DNA of 64,000 bases, taken from contig CBDFGU010000009.1 of NCBI GenBank assembly GCA_965247335.1, positions 395,519 through 459,518 of the forward strand, written 5' to 3'. The notes under the pieces are model-generated. The model did not search any database, was not told where the DNA came from, and worked only from the letters and a program-made list of their open reading frames with translations. A program made the position numbers and the translations under genes. This document shows, piece after piece, positions 21,483 through 30,837 of this stretch. This DNA comes from Rickettsiales bacterium. GTDB taxonomy: Bacteria; Pseudomonadota; Alphaproteobacteria; Rickettsiales; UBA3002. How positions within the stretch are numbered: position 1 is the stretch's first letter; every line of letters starts with the position of its first letter.

Positions 21483-21502
21483 CGGGCGATGAGTGACGGG
21501 TG
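21472..21502 (-). repeat. 31-nt GTCACCC-type dispersed repeat, copy 2 (covers the clpS stop codon)
   Basis: The reverse complement 'cacccgtcactcatcgcccgtcacccgtcac' matches 1136..1166 at 28 of 31 positions. The clpS TGA (21480..21482) lies inside it. Confidence 0.85.
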
Positions 21503-21566
21503 CGGCAGGCACTATCACGCATCACACGTCACTAACCATTCGCCACATGAACGAAGTGAGTAAAAA

Positions 21567-23915
21567 ATGATTTCGCACAATCTTGAGAACACCCTTCGCA
21601 CCGCGCTTGAGCTCGCCAAGAAGCAGCGCCACGAATATGCGACGCTGGAGCATTTGCTGCTCGCCTTGACGGAGGATGCGGACGCGAGCCCCGTGCTGCG
21701 CGGGGTGGGGGTGAACCTTTCCGACCTTAAACGCGCCTTGCTGGAGTTCATGGAACAGGACCTTAGCACCCTGGTCGTCGACCATGTCGATGAAGCGCGT
21801 CCTACTGCAGGGTTTCAACGGGTTATCCATCGCGCGGCCATCCATGTCCAGTCCGCCGGCAAGCATGAAGTGAACGGCGCGAACGTCCTCGTCGCCATGT
21901 TCTCGGAACGTGAATCGCACGCCGTCTTCTTCCTGCAGGAACAGGATGTCTCCCGCCTCGATGTGGTGAATTATATCAGCCATGGCATCGTCAAATATGG
22001 CGACCTCACCCGCGTCGCCCTGCCGCGTGACCATTCCGAACAGGAGATGGATGACGGCTCCATCCGCTACACCGCCGAGAAGACCAGCAAGGTCGAGCAA
22101 CAGGAAGCGCAGGACAGCAAGGACCCGCTGCATCTCTACTGCGTGAACCTCAACAAGAAAGCGCAGACCGGCAAGACGGATATCCTAGTCGGCCGCGAAG
22201 CCGAAATCGAACGTACGGTACAGATCCTCTGCCGCCGCACCAAGAACAATCCGCTCTTCGTGGGTGAAGCCGGGGTGGGCAAGACTGCCATCGCTGAGGG
22301 CCTTGCGCTGCGCATCACGCGTGGCGAAGTGCCAGCCGTGCTGAAAAGCGCCGTCATCTTCTCGCTTGATATGGGCTCCCTCCTCGCCGGTACGCGCTAC
22401 CGCGGCGATTTCGAGGAGCGCATGAAAGCCGTCATCAAATCCATCGAAAAACTCCCCGGCGCGGTGCTGTTCATCGATGAAATCCATACCATCATCGGCG
22501 CTGGCTCTACCTCCGGTGGGGCGCTTGACGCGGCGAACCTGCTCAAACCTGCCCTTGCCCGCGGTTCCCTGCGTTGCATGGGCTCGACCACCCATAAAGA
22601 ATACAACACGACCATTGAGAAGGACCGCGCCCTCGCCCGCCGCTTCCAGAAGATCGACGTGGTGGAGCCGACCGTGGACGATACGATCAAGATCCTGCGC
22701 GGCCTGAAACCGTACTATGAAGAGCACCACAAGGTGCGTTATCTTCCCGCCGCGATCGAAGCCGCCGTGGAGCTTTCCTCGCGCTACATCCATGACCGTA
22801 AGCTGCCGGACAAGGCCATTGACGTGATCGATGAAGCGGGCGCCGCGCAGATGCTGCTGCCCGAAAGCAAGCGCAAGAAAACCATCACCGTCAAAGAGAT
22901 CGAGGATGTGGTCGCCAAAATGGCGCGGATGCCGAGTAAAACCGTTTCGCTCGACGATGCGGAGCAGCTGAAGAACCTCGAGAAAAACCTCAAGCTCACA
23001 GTCTTCGGCCAGGACAAGGCGATCCAGGAACTCGCCTCGGCGGTCAAGATGGCCCGGGCCGGCTTGCGCGATGACGCAAAACCGATGGGCAGCTACCTCT
23101 TCACCGGCCCGACCGGCGTCGGCAAGACCGAAGTCGCGCTTGCCCTCGCCAAGACCCTCGGCATGGAGTTGGTGCGCTTCGACATGTCAGAATATATGGA
23201 AAAACATAGTGTTTCCGGTCTCATCGGCGCCCCGCCGGGCTATGTCGGCTTCGACCAGGGCGGCCAGCTTACCGATGCCGTGGACAAAACACCCTACGCC
23301 GTGGTGCTGCTCGACGAAATCGAAAAGGCCCACCCGGATGTGTTCAACATCCTGCTGCAGGTGATGGATTACGGCAAGCTTACCGACCAGAACGGCAAGA
23401 GCGTCAACTTCCGCAACGCCATCCTCATCATGACGAGCAATGTCGGCTCGGCCGATGCGTCACGCGCCGCCTTCGGCTTCACCCGCGAGAACCGCGAGGG
23501 CGAGGAAAAAGAGGCGATGACCAAGCTCTTCACGCCGGAATTCCGTAACCGCCTCGATGCCGTCATCGGCTTCGACCACCTCAACCGCGACGTGGTCAAA
23601 TCCGTTGTCCATAAATTCATCTACCGCCTCGAATCGCAGCTTTCCGAGCGCAACGTCACCATCAACCTCACGGATGAGGCGTTAGCCTGGCTCGCCGATA
23701 AAGGCTACGACAAGGCCATGGGCGCACGTCCATTAGCCCGCCTGATCGCCGACAAGATCAAGAAACCACTCGCCGAGGAAGTCCTCTTCGGCAAACTATC
23801 GAAGGGCGGTTCGGTCACCATCGGCGTCAACGACGAAGAGCTTACCTTCAAATATTCGACTGCGAAGCCCAAGAGCAAATCGAAGGCCACGGCGGATGAC
23901 GGCGAGCTGGTTTAA
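21567..23915 (+). CDS. clpA: ATP-dependent Clp protease ATP-binding subunit ClpA
   Basis: 782 aa with a Clp_N repeat and two AAA+ modules ('GEAGVGKTA', 'GPTGVGKTE'). It directly follows clpS. Confidence 0.95.
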   Translation: MISHNLENTLRTALELAKKQRHEYATLEHLLLALTEDADASPVLRGVGVNLSDLKRALLEFMEQDLSTLVVDHVDEARPTAGFQRVIHRAAIHVQSAGKHEVNGANVLVAMFSERESHAVFFLQEQDVSRLDVVNYISHGIVKYGDLTRVALPRDHSEQEMDDGSIRYTAEKTSKVEQQEAQDSKDPLHLYCVNLNKKAQTGKTDILVGREAEIERTVQILCRRTKNNPLFVGEAGVGKTAIAEGLALRITRGEVPAVLKSAVIFSLDMGSLLAGTRYRGDFEERMKAVIKSIEKLPGAVLFIDEIHTIIGAGSTSGGALDAANLLKPALARGSLRCMGSTTHKEYNTTIEKDRALARRFQKIDVVEPTVDDTIKILRGLKPYYEEHHKVRYLPAAIEAAVELSSRYIHDRKLPDKAIDVIDEAGAAQMLLPESKRKKTITVKEIEDVVAKMARMPSKTVSLDDAEQLKNLEKNLKLTVFGQDKAIQELASAVKMARAGLRDDAKPMGSYLFTGPTGVGKTEVALALAKTLGMELVRFDMSEYMEKHSVSGLIGAPPGYVGFDQGGQLTDAVDKTPYAVVLLDEIEKAHPDVFNILLQVMDYGKLTDQNGKSVNFRNAILIMTSNVGSADASRAAFGFTRENREGEEKEAMTKLFTPEFRNRLDAVIGFDHLNRDVVKSVVHKFIYRLESQLSERNVTINLTDEALAWLADKGYDKAMGARPLARLIADKIKKPLAEEVLFGKLSKGGSVTIGVNDEELTFKYSTAKPKSKSKATADDGELV

Positions 23916-23924
23916 GGCTCACGG

Positions 23925-25037
23925 ATGGCCGAACCCAGCGCAACACCGGTTTCCGCCGCCGAGACGGAACGCCTGCGGACGAGCATCCACACCATGCTCA
24001 CGGACGCTCAGGAGAAGGCAACCGCGAGCCACAAGCCCCTCACGATCGTGATCGGTGAACTGCATTCAAGCCCGCACTCCAAATTTATTGAAAGCCTGAT
24101 CGGCATGGAAGCCCGTAAGCTTGGCATAACGGATCTTTCCGTGGAACTTCCGGAGCGGGTGGCCGGGTCCGCATCGCCGAAATTATCTGACACGCAGTTC
24201 GTCGATTTTCATCTTTACCAAGCCAAATATGCCGGTAACAGCCTGCATTATGTCGACGACCTCGCCGACCTCGCGAACAATTCCAGTTTGCAGATCGACC
24301 TGCGCACGGAATATATGGCAGGAAAGCTTGCCACCATCGCCGCCCCCAACGTCATGGTAACAGGCATTTCGCATCTTGCCGGCTTTGGTACCAACCCAGT
24401 GTTGAATGCGACGCATACGGTCGTTCTTTTCAATGCAGCACCGGACTACGGGCCAGCCATTCCGACCCTGCAAACGATCGAGAACCTCCCTAATTATCAC
24501 ACCTTTAGACTCGAAGGCGATCCCCGGGAAATGGATCTTCGCAGCATCGTGACCACAACGATGGGACAAGATGCTGCACCGTTCCTGCAATACCTGACCC
24601 GTACCGGCGGCATCAACCCCCAACAGTCCCATGAGCTCAGCTTGATTGTGTTTTCGCCGGCCGATGCAATGAAACAGGGAAACGCGCTGTTCATGAATAC
24701 GATCAGTAACGCCGCCTATAACCTGAAATTGAATGATCTTGCGGCCCGCACCGCCGCCCTCGAGCAGGTGATATGTGCGAAACTGCCGATGCAAGTCACC
24801 AACTCCCAGTCCTGTTTCGACGACCAACTCGCTCATGAGAATAGGAACACGTTGTTCCGCAACCTGGTGCGTAAGTACGAAGCAAGCATGATCTCGCAGG
24901 ATAACGCGCCGCAAACGGCCGTCCAGCGCGCGGCGACGCTCGAAATGGTCGACATAGCCCAGCGGGAGCTGTCGCAATTCAGCGCGCCTGCCCCGAACCG
25001 GACACCGGCGAAATCCGACGATGTGCCACCACGGTAA
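23925..25037 (+). CDS. hypothetical protein (370 aa); weak resemblance to the ChaN/EreA/Tiki 'GxxH' hydrolase superfamily
   Basis: It starts 10 nt after the clpA stop, with no terminator between. 'LTIVIGELHSSPHSKFIESLIGMEARKLGITDLSVELPE' resembles the ChaN-type 'LLGE.H....H.......L......LGMEMF' N-terminal motif. This is judged by eye only. Confidence 0.5.
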   Translation: MAEPSATPVSAAETERLRTSIHTMLTDAQEKATASHKPLTIVIGELHSSPHSKFIESLIGMEARKLGITDLSVELPERVAGSASPKLSDTQFVDFHLYQAKYAGNSLHYVDDLADLANNSSLQIDLRTEYMAGKLATIAAPNVMVTGISHLAGFGTNPVLNATHTVVLFNAAPDYGPAIPTLQTIENLPNYHTFRLEGDPREMDLRSIVTTTMGQDAAPFLQYLTRTGGINPQQSHELSLIVFSPADAMKQGNALFMNTISNAAYNLKLNDLAARTAALEQVICAKLPMQVTNSQSCFDDQLAHENRNTLFRNLVRKYEASMISQDNAPQTAVQRAATLEMVDIAQRELSQFSAPAPNRTPAKSDDVPPR

Positions 25038-25072
25038 CACCGTGTTCGGCTCAGGATTCCCCGATTGCATTC

Positions 25073-25846
25073 ATGCGCTTCTTCGGGCAAGCATCGCGCA
25101 TGCGCTACTTCCTGCTCCGGTTTTTTCTGTTCAGTGCCATCAGCGGCGTTGCTTATGGTGCCCTCGCCCAGCAAGTGACTTACACCCATTTCTTGTCCGG
25201 TACCGGCTTCGTTATCAATAATGATGGTGATCTCATCACGAACGCCCACGTGGTGAAGGATTGTCAGTCCATTTCCGTTTTAACGGCAAAGGGAGAGGAA
25301 CAGGCTACTTTGGTCACTGCCGATACCCAGAGAGACCTCGCCGTTCTAAAAACGCCCTTTATAAGCCCCAACATTGCGCCCCTGCGCTGGAACATCAGCG
25401 ACCTCAAGGTCGGGGACGAGGTCGTGGTCATGGGCTACCCGGGCAAGGAGGGTGCCAGCGGCCATTACCAGTTTAAGAAAACCAAGGTCACCGACCTTAA
25501 GGGCCCCCCCGGCGGCCAGGATCGCTGGATCCAGCTGGCGAGCGTCGCGGCCCAGGGCAACTCCGGCGGGCCGGTGCTTGATACCAGCGGCAACGTCATC
25601 GCCGTCATTTCGGGCATGGCGATCAGCTACAAGGCGGATGATAACGGCAACCCGGCCGGGGCGCCCTTGAGCCAATCGGATGTGGCGATCCCCCTCGCCG
25701 CCCTGCGGGATTTCCTGCATGAGCACCTGATCGGCTTCTACGAATCCACCAGTGATACCCACGGCTATGGCGACTCGGCACTGCGCGACAACGCCCATAA
25801 TTTTATCCTGCCCGTCCGCTGTGTGCAGGATGTACAGACCCGGTAA
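25073..25846 (+). CDS. secreted trypsin-like (S1/S1C-type) serine protease
   Basis: It has a signal peptide and the catalytic-triad contexts 'GDLITNAHVV', 'DLAVLK' and 'GNSGGPVLD'. Confidence 0.8.
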   Translation: MRFFGQASRMRYFLLRFFLFSAISGVAYGALAQQVTYTHFLSGTGFVINNDGDLITNAHVVKDCQSISVLTAKGEEQATLVTADTQRDLAVLKTPFISPNIAPLRWNISDLKVGDEVVVMGYPGKEGASGHYQFKKTKVTDLKGPPGGQDRWIQLASVAAQGNSGGPVLDTSGNVIAVISGMAISYKADDNGNPAGAPLSQSDVAIPLAALRDFLHEHLIGFYESTSDTHGYGDSALRDNAHNFILPVRCVQDVQTR

Positions 25847-26042
25847 CCGCGCGTTCCTTGCGGTTCGCACCTGGCTCACCCGTATCCCAACTGTCACCCC
25901 GTGCTTATTAAGGGGTTGTTACTAATGACTATTATTTTTAGGCGTTGATGCCGTTGTGGCGGCATGACGACGTTTTTTTGCACCCATTCATGGGTGGCAT
26001 CATCGCCCGATAGTCGCTCGGGTGACCCCTTAACCTATTGAA

Positions 26043-27008
26043 TCACTGCCCGGAAGCTGCTGGTGTTGCCGGGGCTGGAGCCAGCGCGGTAACAGGGGCC
26101 GGCGCAACAGCGGCATCGTGCGATGGTACCGCCGAATCCGGGATCAGGATATGCGAGCCCCGCAGCATAACCAGCGAGATGCGGCGATTCTTAGGGCTGC
26201 GCGGCTCGGTCGGCACATACAATTCCTTATCGGCGAGACCCGTCACCTTCTTCGTGCGCTCCTGCTCGACGCCCGATCGCGTGAGGAAGCGCCGCGCCGC
26301 CTGCGCCCGGTCGGCCGATAGCTCCCAGTTGGTGTAATTGGCGCTGCCGGTCTCGGCGGGTGACGCGTCCGTACTGCCATAGATCGCCATGAAGTTCGGC
26401 ATCTTGCGCACCAGCTCGGCCATCTTCGCCAGCACCGCCCGGCCATGATCGGTCAGCGTCGCGCTCGATTTCTCGAACATCGCGTATTTGTCGCTATCGG
26501 CGATAGTAATGCGCAATCCTTCGGTCGTCTGCTCGACACTGACATTCTCGGCGTACTGCTTCACCGCCGGGTCGGAATTGAATGCCTGTTCGACCGCCGA
26601 TGCGCCCTTCTTGAACAGGTTATCGTCCTGGTCGCTTTGTTCTTTCGACGGCGTATCCGGGTTCTCGGACGTCACCCCACTGGGCGTATGGCCCGTCACG
26701 ATATTGGGTGAGGACATCACCGTTTTGCTGATGCCCTTGGTATCGGGCGACGTGCCGCCCTGGAAGCCGATACCCTGGCTGTCCTTGACCCCTTGTGTTG
26801 GCGTGAAATATTCCGACAGGCCAGTCAGCGTTTCCTTGCTGGCGCTCGACAGCAGCCAGAGTAGCAGGAAGAACGCCATCATCGCCGTCACGAAATCGGC
26901 ATAGGCCACTTTCCAGGCGCCGCCGTGGTGGCCGCCCGCGACTTTCTTGACCTTTTTGATGATGATCGGGCGCTTGCCGTCATCCTTGCCGCCTTTTGCC
27001 GCTGCCAT
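26043..27008 (-). CDS. motB: flagellar motor stator protein MotB (OmpA-like C-terminus)
   Basis: It has 'GGHHGGAWKVAYADFVTAMMAFFLLLWLLS', the MotB plug/TM segment with the conserved Asp. The C-terminus carries 'NWELSADRA.A', the OmpA-like PG-binding motif. Confidence 0.9.
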   Translation of the reverse strand: MAAAKGGKDDGKRPIIIKKVKKVAGGHHGGAWKVAYADFVTAMMAFFLLLWLLSSASKETLTGLSEYFTPTQGVKDSQGIGFQGGTSPDTKGISKTVMSSPNIVTGHTPSGVTSENPDTPSKEQSDQDDNLFKKGASAVEQAFNSDPAVKQYAENVSVEQTTEGLRITIADSDKYAMFEKSSATLTDHGRAVLAKMAELVRKMPNFMAIYGSTDASPAETGSANYTNWELSADRAQAARRFLTRSGVEQERTKKVTGLADKELYVPTEPRSPKNRRISLVMLRGSHILIPDSAVPSHDAAVAPAPVTALAPAPATPAASGQ

Positions 27009-27017
27009 GGCTTACCT

Positions 27018-27887
27018 TTACGTCGCCGCGGGGAGTGCACCGAGCAACTGCTCCATCTCCGAGAATTTCGGCTGATAGATGGTCGGGATGTTGCCACGGC
27101 CGATCTCGACGGAGACCTGCGGCGCGTTTCCTTGCAGATGCGACACCAGCACCGACTTGATGATGAGGTAGAACGTATGGTCCTGATCGTAGATCTGGTT
27201 CAGCTTCGAAGCGATCGGTGCCACCATGCCGTAAGACAGGAACACGCCGAGGAACGTGCCGACCAGCGCGCCGCCGATCATCGCACCAAGGATTTCGACC
27301 GGCTCGCTGATCGAGCCCATGGTCTTGATCACGCCCAATACCGCCGCCACGATGCCGAGCGCCGGAATACCGTCCGCCATGGTCTGGATCGAATGGGCTG
27401 GCCCGAGAAGCTCATGATGGTGCTTCTCAAGCTGCTTTTCCATCATATCTTCCAGCTGATGCGGGTCCTCGAAGTTCATGGTGATCATGCGCAGCGTATC
27501 GCAGATGAAATCCACGGCGAAATGGTCGTGCAGAATCTTGGGATACTGCTGGAAAATACTCGATTGTTCCGGGTTCTCGATATGCTGTTCGAGCGCGACC
27601 ATACCTTTGGTGCGCACCAGTTTCAGGATGAGGAAGAGAAGAGCCAGCAAGTCTTTGTAATCTTGAGCTTTCCATTTCGGGCCTTTGAAGGCCTTGCCAA
27701 GGTCTTTCAGCGATGCCTTAACGACATTACCCTTGTTGGCAATGAGGAACGAGCCGACAGCGGCACCACCGATCGCCATGAATTCATGCGGCGCCGCCTC
27801 GAGAATGATGCCGATCTTGCCGCCGGAAATGACATAGCTGCCAAAAACCATGGCAAATACAAGCACAAGACCAATTATACCTAGCAT
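27018..27887 (-). CDS. motA: flagellar motor stator protein MotA
   Basis: 289 aa with four TM segments. 'GGKIGIILEAAPHEFMAIGGAAVGSFLI' and the C-terminal 'GTFLGVFLSYG' are typical of MotA. It lies directly upstream of motB. Confidence 0.9.
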   Translation of the reverse strand: MLGIIGLVLVFAMVFGSYVISGGKIGIILEAAPHEFMAIGGAAVGSFLIANKGNVVKASLKDLGKAFKGPKWKAQDYKDLLALLFLILKLVRTKGMVALEQHIENPEQSSIFQQYPKILHDHFAVDFICDTLRMITMNFEDPHQLEDMMEKQLEKHHHELLGPAHSIQTMADGIPALGIVAAVLGVIKTMGSISEPVEILGAMIGGALVGTFLGVFLSYGMVAPIASKLNQIYDQDHTFYLIIKSVLVSHLQGNAPQVSVEIGRGNIPTIYQPKFSEMEQLLGALPAAT

Positions 27888-28025
27888 GGAAGGGAGTCTC
27901 TCGCGGCGATGGTGACAGGAATTTCAATGTAACGATTCCCCAGGTCCTTGCCAGCGCAAACGCCGTGATTTTGTATTTTGCTGTCTGTTGTTGCCGACGA
28001 ACCACGGCGAAGCGTCACTGCAAAG

Positions 28026-29363
28026 TCACACTTGGTCGTAATGGTACCCATCGTATAGATTCGGCATGCCGAGGATAGTCTCGAGTTCATTATACGCCCG
28101 GTCAAGTTCAAGGACGAACTGCGGATCCCGCAGATCGTCAAAAACTAGGCGGTCGCGATAATGGGTGGCAATCCATTTAGCAAGCTGGGTATGTTTATCT
28201 GATGTATAGACGACACCGAGGTGTAGAGCTCGTTCTTGTTCCGGGGTAAGAACGACGCGAAGGCGTAGGCATGCCGGCCCTCCCCCGTTACGCATGCTTT
28301 CCCTCACGTCAAGGTAGAGCACCTCGTGCAGTGCTCCCTGCTCCATCAGCTTGCCGACAACCCTCCGCACACCCGCATGATTCGAGCACTCGGAGGGAGC
28401 AACCAGGACGAATTTGCCGGGGGAAGTCTCCAGCAACTCTGAGTTGAACAGGTAGGTATTCACCGCATCCGCAACACTAAGGTCCGCTGATTTCACTTCA
28501 TGGAATTGTAATTCCGGCTTCTCTTCGAAATAGCGATACAGCAGGTCACGATGCTCACCAATGAATGCCGCTTCGTGGGCAACCATAAGCGATGTCGTGT
28601 TCATCGCAATCACGTCATTATGGAACACCCCGTGGTCGATGGCTTCAGGTGATTGTTGAACAAATAATACGTGCTTGGGGTTTAACTGGTGCAGCTGTGA
28701 AATTGCTTCACTCGCCAGTCGGCCTTGGCGTGCTTGGTAGCGTGTTGCACTATAAGTTTTGTCCTGATCTCTTCCGTAGACAAAAACGTTGAGCCCAGCA
28801 GTTCCATGTTCTGAGCAGACTCTCATATGGTTAGCTGCTCCCTCGTCACCAAAAACGGGGGTCGGCATTAAAAAATTATGCACTTCGAATAATCTGTCAT
28901 TATGGAAAATTGTTTGCAGTATTCGATAGCTGAAACCCGCTTCGATAGTCCGATGAAAATGACTGACCAGGTTCGCTGGTGTGAGATGCAGTTTTTTGTC
29001 ATAACTATCGGTCGTCGGTGTCACCGTCGCCGCGTTGGCCGCCCACATGAACGACGATGAGAAGACGGATGCCAAAAGCCCCGGCGAGGTACGAGCTGCG
29101 CTATCGAGAACCATGCCAAGGTCGCCCGAAAATCCCAAACGCCTGAGCTGACCGATGAGTGGACGGTAATGCGGCGGCAGGAACGCCTGCCCCACGCCGA
29201 GGTTGTGGACAGTTTTCATTTTGTCGAGACCTTGTAGCGCTGCAGCGCGCGGATTCGAGGCGGCGCCAGCGTTTTTCTGGGCAGCCAGATTGCCTGTTGC
29301 CAGGCCAGCATAATTATGGGTCGGGCCAACTAACCCATCGAATTGCCACTCGCGAGCTTGCAT
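28026..29363 (-). CDS. astB: N-succinylarginine dihydrolase
   Basis: 'FDGLVGPTHNYAGL', 'GDEGAANH', 'VFHNDVIA', 'TYLFNS' and 'NGGGPACLRLRVVLT' align along the length of E. coli AstB. The start was moved to the ATG at 29363. Confidence 0.92.
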   Translation of the reverse strand: MQAREWQFDGLVGPTHNYAGLATGNLAAQKNAGAASNPRAAALQGLDKMKTVHNLGVGQAFLPPHYRPLIGQLRRLGFSGDLGMVLDSAARTSPGLLASVFSSSFMWAANAATVTPTTDSYDKKLHLTPANLVSHFHRTIEAGFSYRILQTIFHNDRLFEVHNFLMPTPVFGDEGAANHMRVCSEHGTAGLNVFVYGRDQDKTYSATRYQARQGRLASEAISQLHQLNPKHVLFVQQSPEAIDHGVFHNDVIAMNTTSLMVAHEAAFIGEHRDLLYRYFEEKPELQFHEVKSADLSVADAVNTYLFNSELLETSPGKFVLVAPSECSNHAGVRRVVGKLMEQGALHEVLYLDVRESMRNGGGPACLRLRVVLTPEQERALHLGVVYTSDKHTQLAKWIATHYRDRLVFDDLRDPQFVLELDRAYNELETILGMPNLYDGYHYDQV

Positions 29364-29364
29364 A

Positions 29365-30825
29365 TCAGGCCCCCAAACGGATGCCCGGCGGCAATATTGC
29401 AGGCAGTTGAAGTGACTCAAGCTCAACAGAAGCGACTGGATAGGAACAATAATCTGCCGAGTAATACCCGGCCGGGCGGTGATTTCCGCTAATGCCGACC
29501 CCACCGAATGGTCCCGAACCTGAAGCCCCGGTTGTTTGTCGGTTCCAATTCAGTATCCCTGCCCGCAATCCTTGGCTAACCTGTTGAAACACTAAAGGTT
29601 CATCACTCAACACTGCCGCGCTCAAACCGAACGAAGTATCGTTAGCCTTGGCAATGGCATCGGCTAAACTATCCACGCGGTAAAGTTGTAATACTGGACC
29701 GAAATATTCTTGATCAGGCACCCCGTTCGCATCAGTCATATCAATGATAGCCGGGGAAACGAACGGTAGATTTTCACGTAAAAGACGCATCCGAACCAGT
29801 ACTTTTCCGCCTAGTTTTTCGAGTTGATTCTGAACTTCAACCAAGCGCTTCGCCTCGCGTAACGAGATAACGGGCCCCATAAACGGCGGTGGTGTTTCCG
29901 TATAGGCCCCGACGATCAACTGTACGGTAGATGTTTGTAATAATTCAACAAAAGCATCTCGCTGATGCCATTTTGGCAGGATCAGACGCCTTGCGCAGGT
30001 ACAACGTTGCCCTGAGCTGGTGAATGCGGATAGCATCGTCTCTAGTACCGCCGCCTTCAGATCATCAACTGCGCTTACAATCAATGGGTTATTTCCACCC
30101 ATCTCAAGCGCTAGCAAAATTTCGGGACGCCCGGCCATCTGCTTATGGATAGCTCGGCCCGTTGCGGTCGAGCCTGTGAATAAGATACCGTCGAGTGCAG
30201 TGTGTGACAGCGCGATACCCGTCTCGCGCTCACCTTGTACCAAATTCAATACGCCTGCTGGTAGTCCGGTTTTTTCCCATTGTTTTACCATCCACTCGGC
30301 AACCAAGGGTGTCTGCTCGCTAGGTTTAAAAACGACGGTATTGCCTGCGAGCAATGCTGGCATAATATGGCCATTGGGCAGGTGCGCCGGAAAATTGTAC
30401 GGTCCATAAACTGCCATTACGCCATGGGGACGGTGGCGGAGAACGGCATTGCCGGCCGCCGAAGCGTTTGATTTTGTGCCAGTCCGCTCCTCATACGCCG
30501 CATGCGCGAAGGCCAACTTACCGATGACAGCAGCAACTTCGGATTTTGCGTCCCATAACGCTTTGCCGGTCTCCTGTGCAATAAGCGTAACCAACTCGTC
30601 CTGCGCTGCGCAGATTAACTCCTTGAAGCCAATAAGCAGTTGAAATCGCGCATGGTAACCGAGCATCGACCATGCCGGGAATGCGGCTCGTGCGGCATCT
30701 ACCGCCGCATTGACAACGGGTGCATCCGCTGCCTTGCCCTGCCAGATCGTTCCTCCCGTCGCCGGGTTAATAGAAACGAAGCTATGGCTACCCGTATCGT
30801 TCCACAAACCATTGATATACTGCAT
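29365..30825 (-). CDS. astD: succinylglutamate-semialdehyde dehydrogenase
   Basis: 486-aa aldehyde dehydrogenase with 'FTGS...G' and 'LEMGGNNP'. The N-terminus is 'MQYINGLW'. It sits between astA and astB. Confidence 0.88.
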   Translation of the reverse strand: MQYINGLWNDTGSHSFVSINPATGGTIWQGKAADAPVVNAAVDAARAAFPAWSMLGYHARFQLLIGFKELICAAQDELVTLIAQETGKALWDAKSEVAAVIGKLAFAHAAYEERTGTKSNASAAGNAVLRHRPHGVMAVYGPYNFPAHLPNGHIMPALLAGNTVVFKPSEQTPLVAEWMVKQWEKTGLPAGVLNLVQGERETGIALSHTALDGILFTGSTATGRAIHKQMAGRPEILLALEMGGNNPLIVSAVDDLKAAVLETMLSAFTSSGQRCTCARRLILPKWHQRDAFVELLQTSTVQLIVGAYTETPPPFMGPVISLREAKRLVEVQNQLEKLGGKVLVRMRLLRENLPFVSPAIIDMTDANGVPDQEYFGPVLQLYRVDSLADAIAKANDTSFGLSAAVLSDEPLVFQQVSQGLRAGILNWNRQTTGASGSGPFGGVGISGNHRPAGYYSADYCSYPVASVELESLQLPAILPPGIRLGA

Positions 30826-30837
30826 AAGCTGACCCCG

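Noticed and set aside
27888-28025. I looked for a sigma54- or sigma28-type flagellar promoter upstream of motA; 'tggcaaggacctgggg' was the candidate.
   Set aside because: The -12 element does not match TTGC, and no TAAA-N15-GCCGATAA motif is present. It is not supportable from sequence alone.
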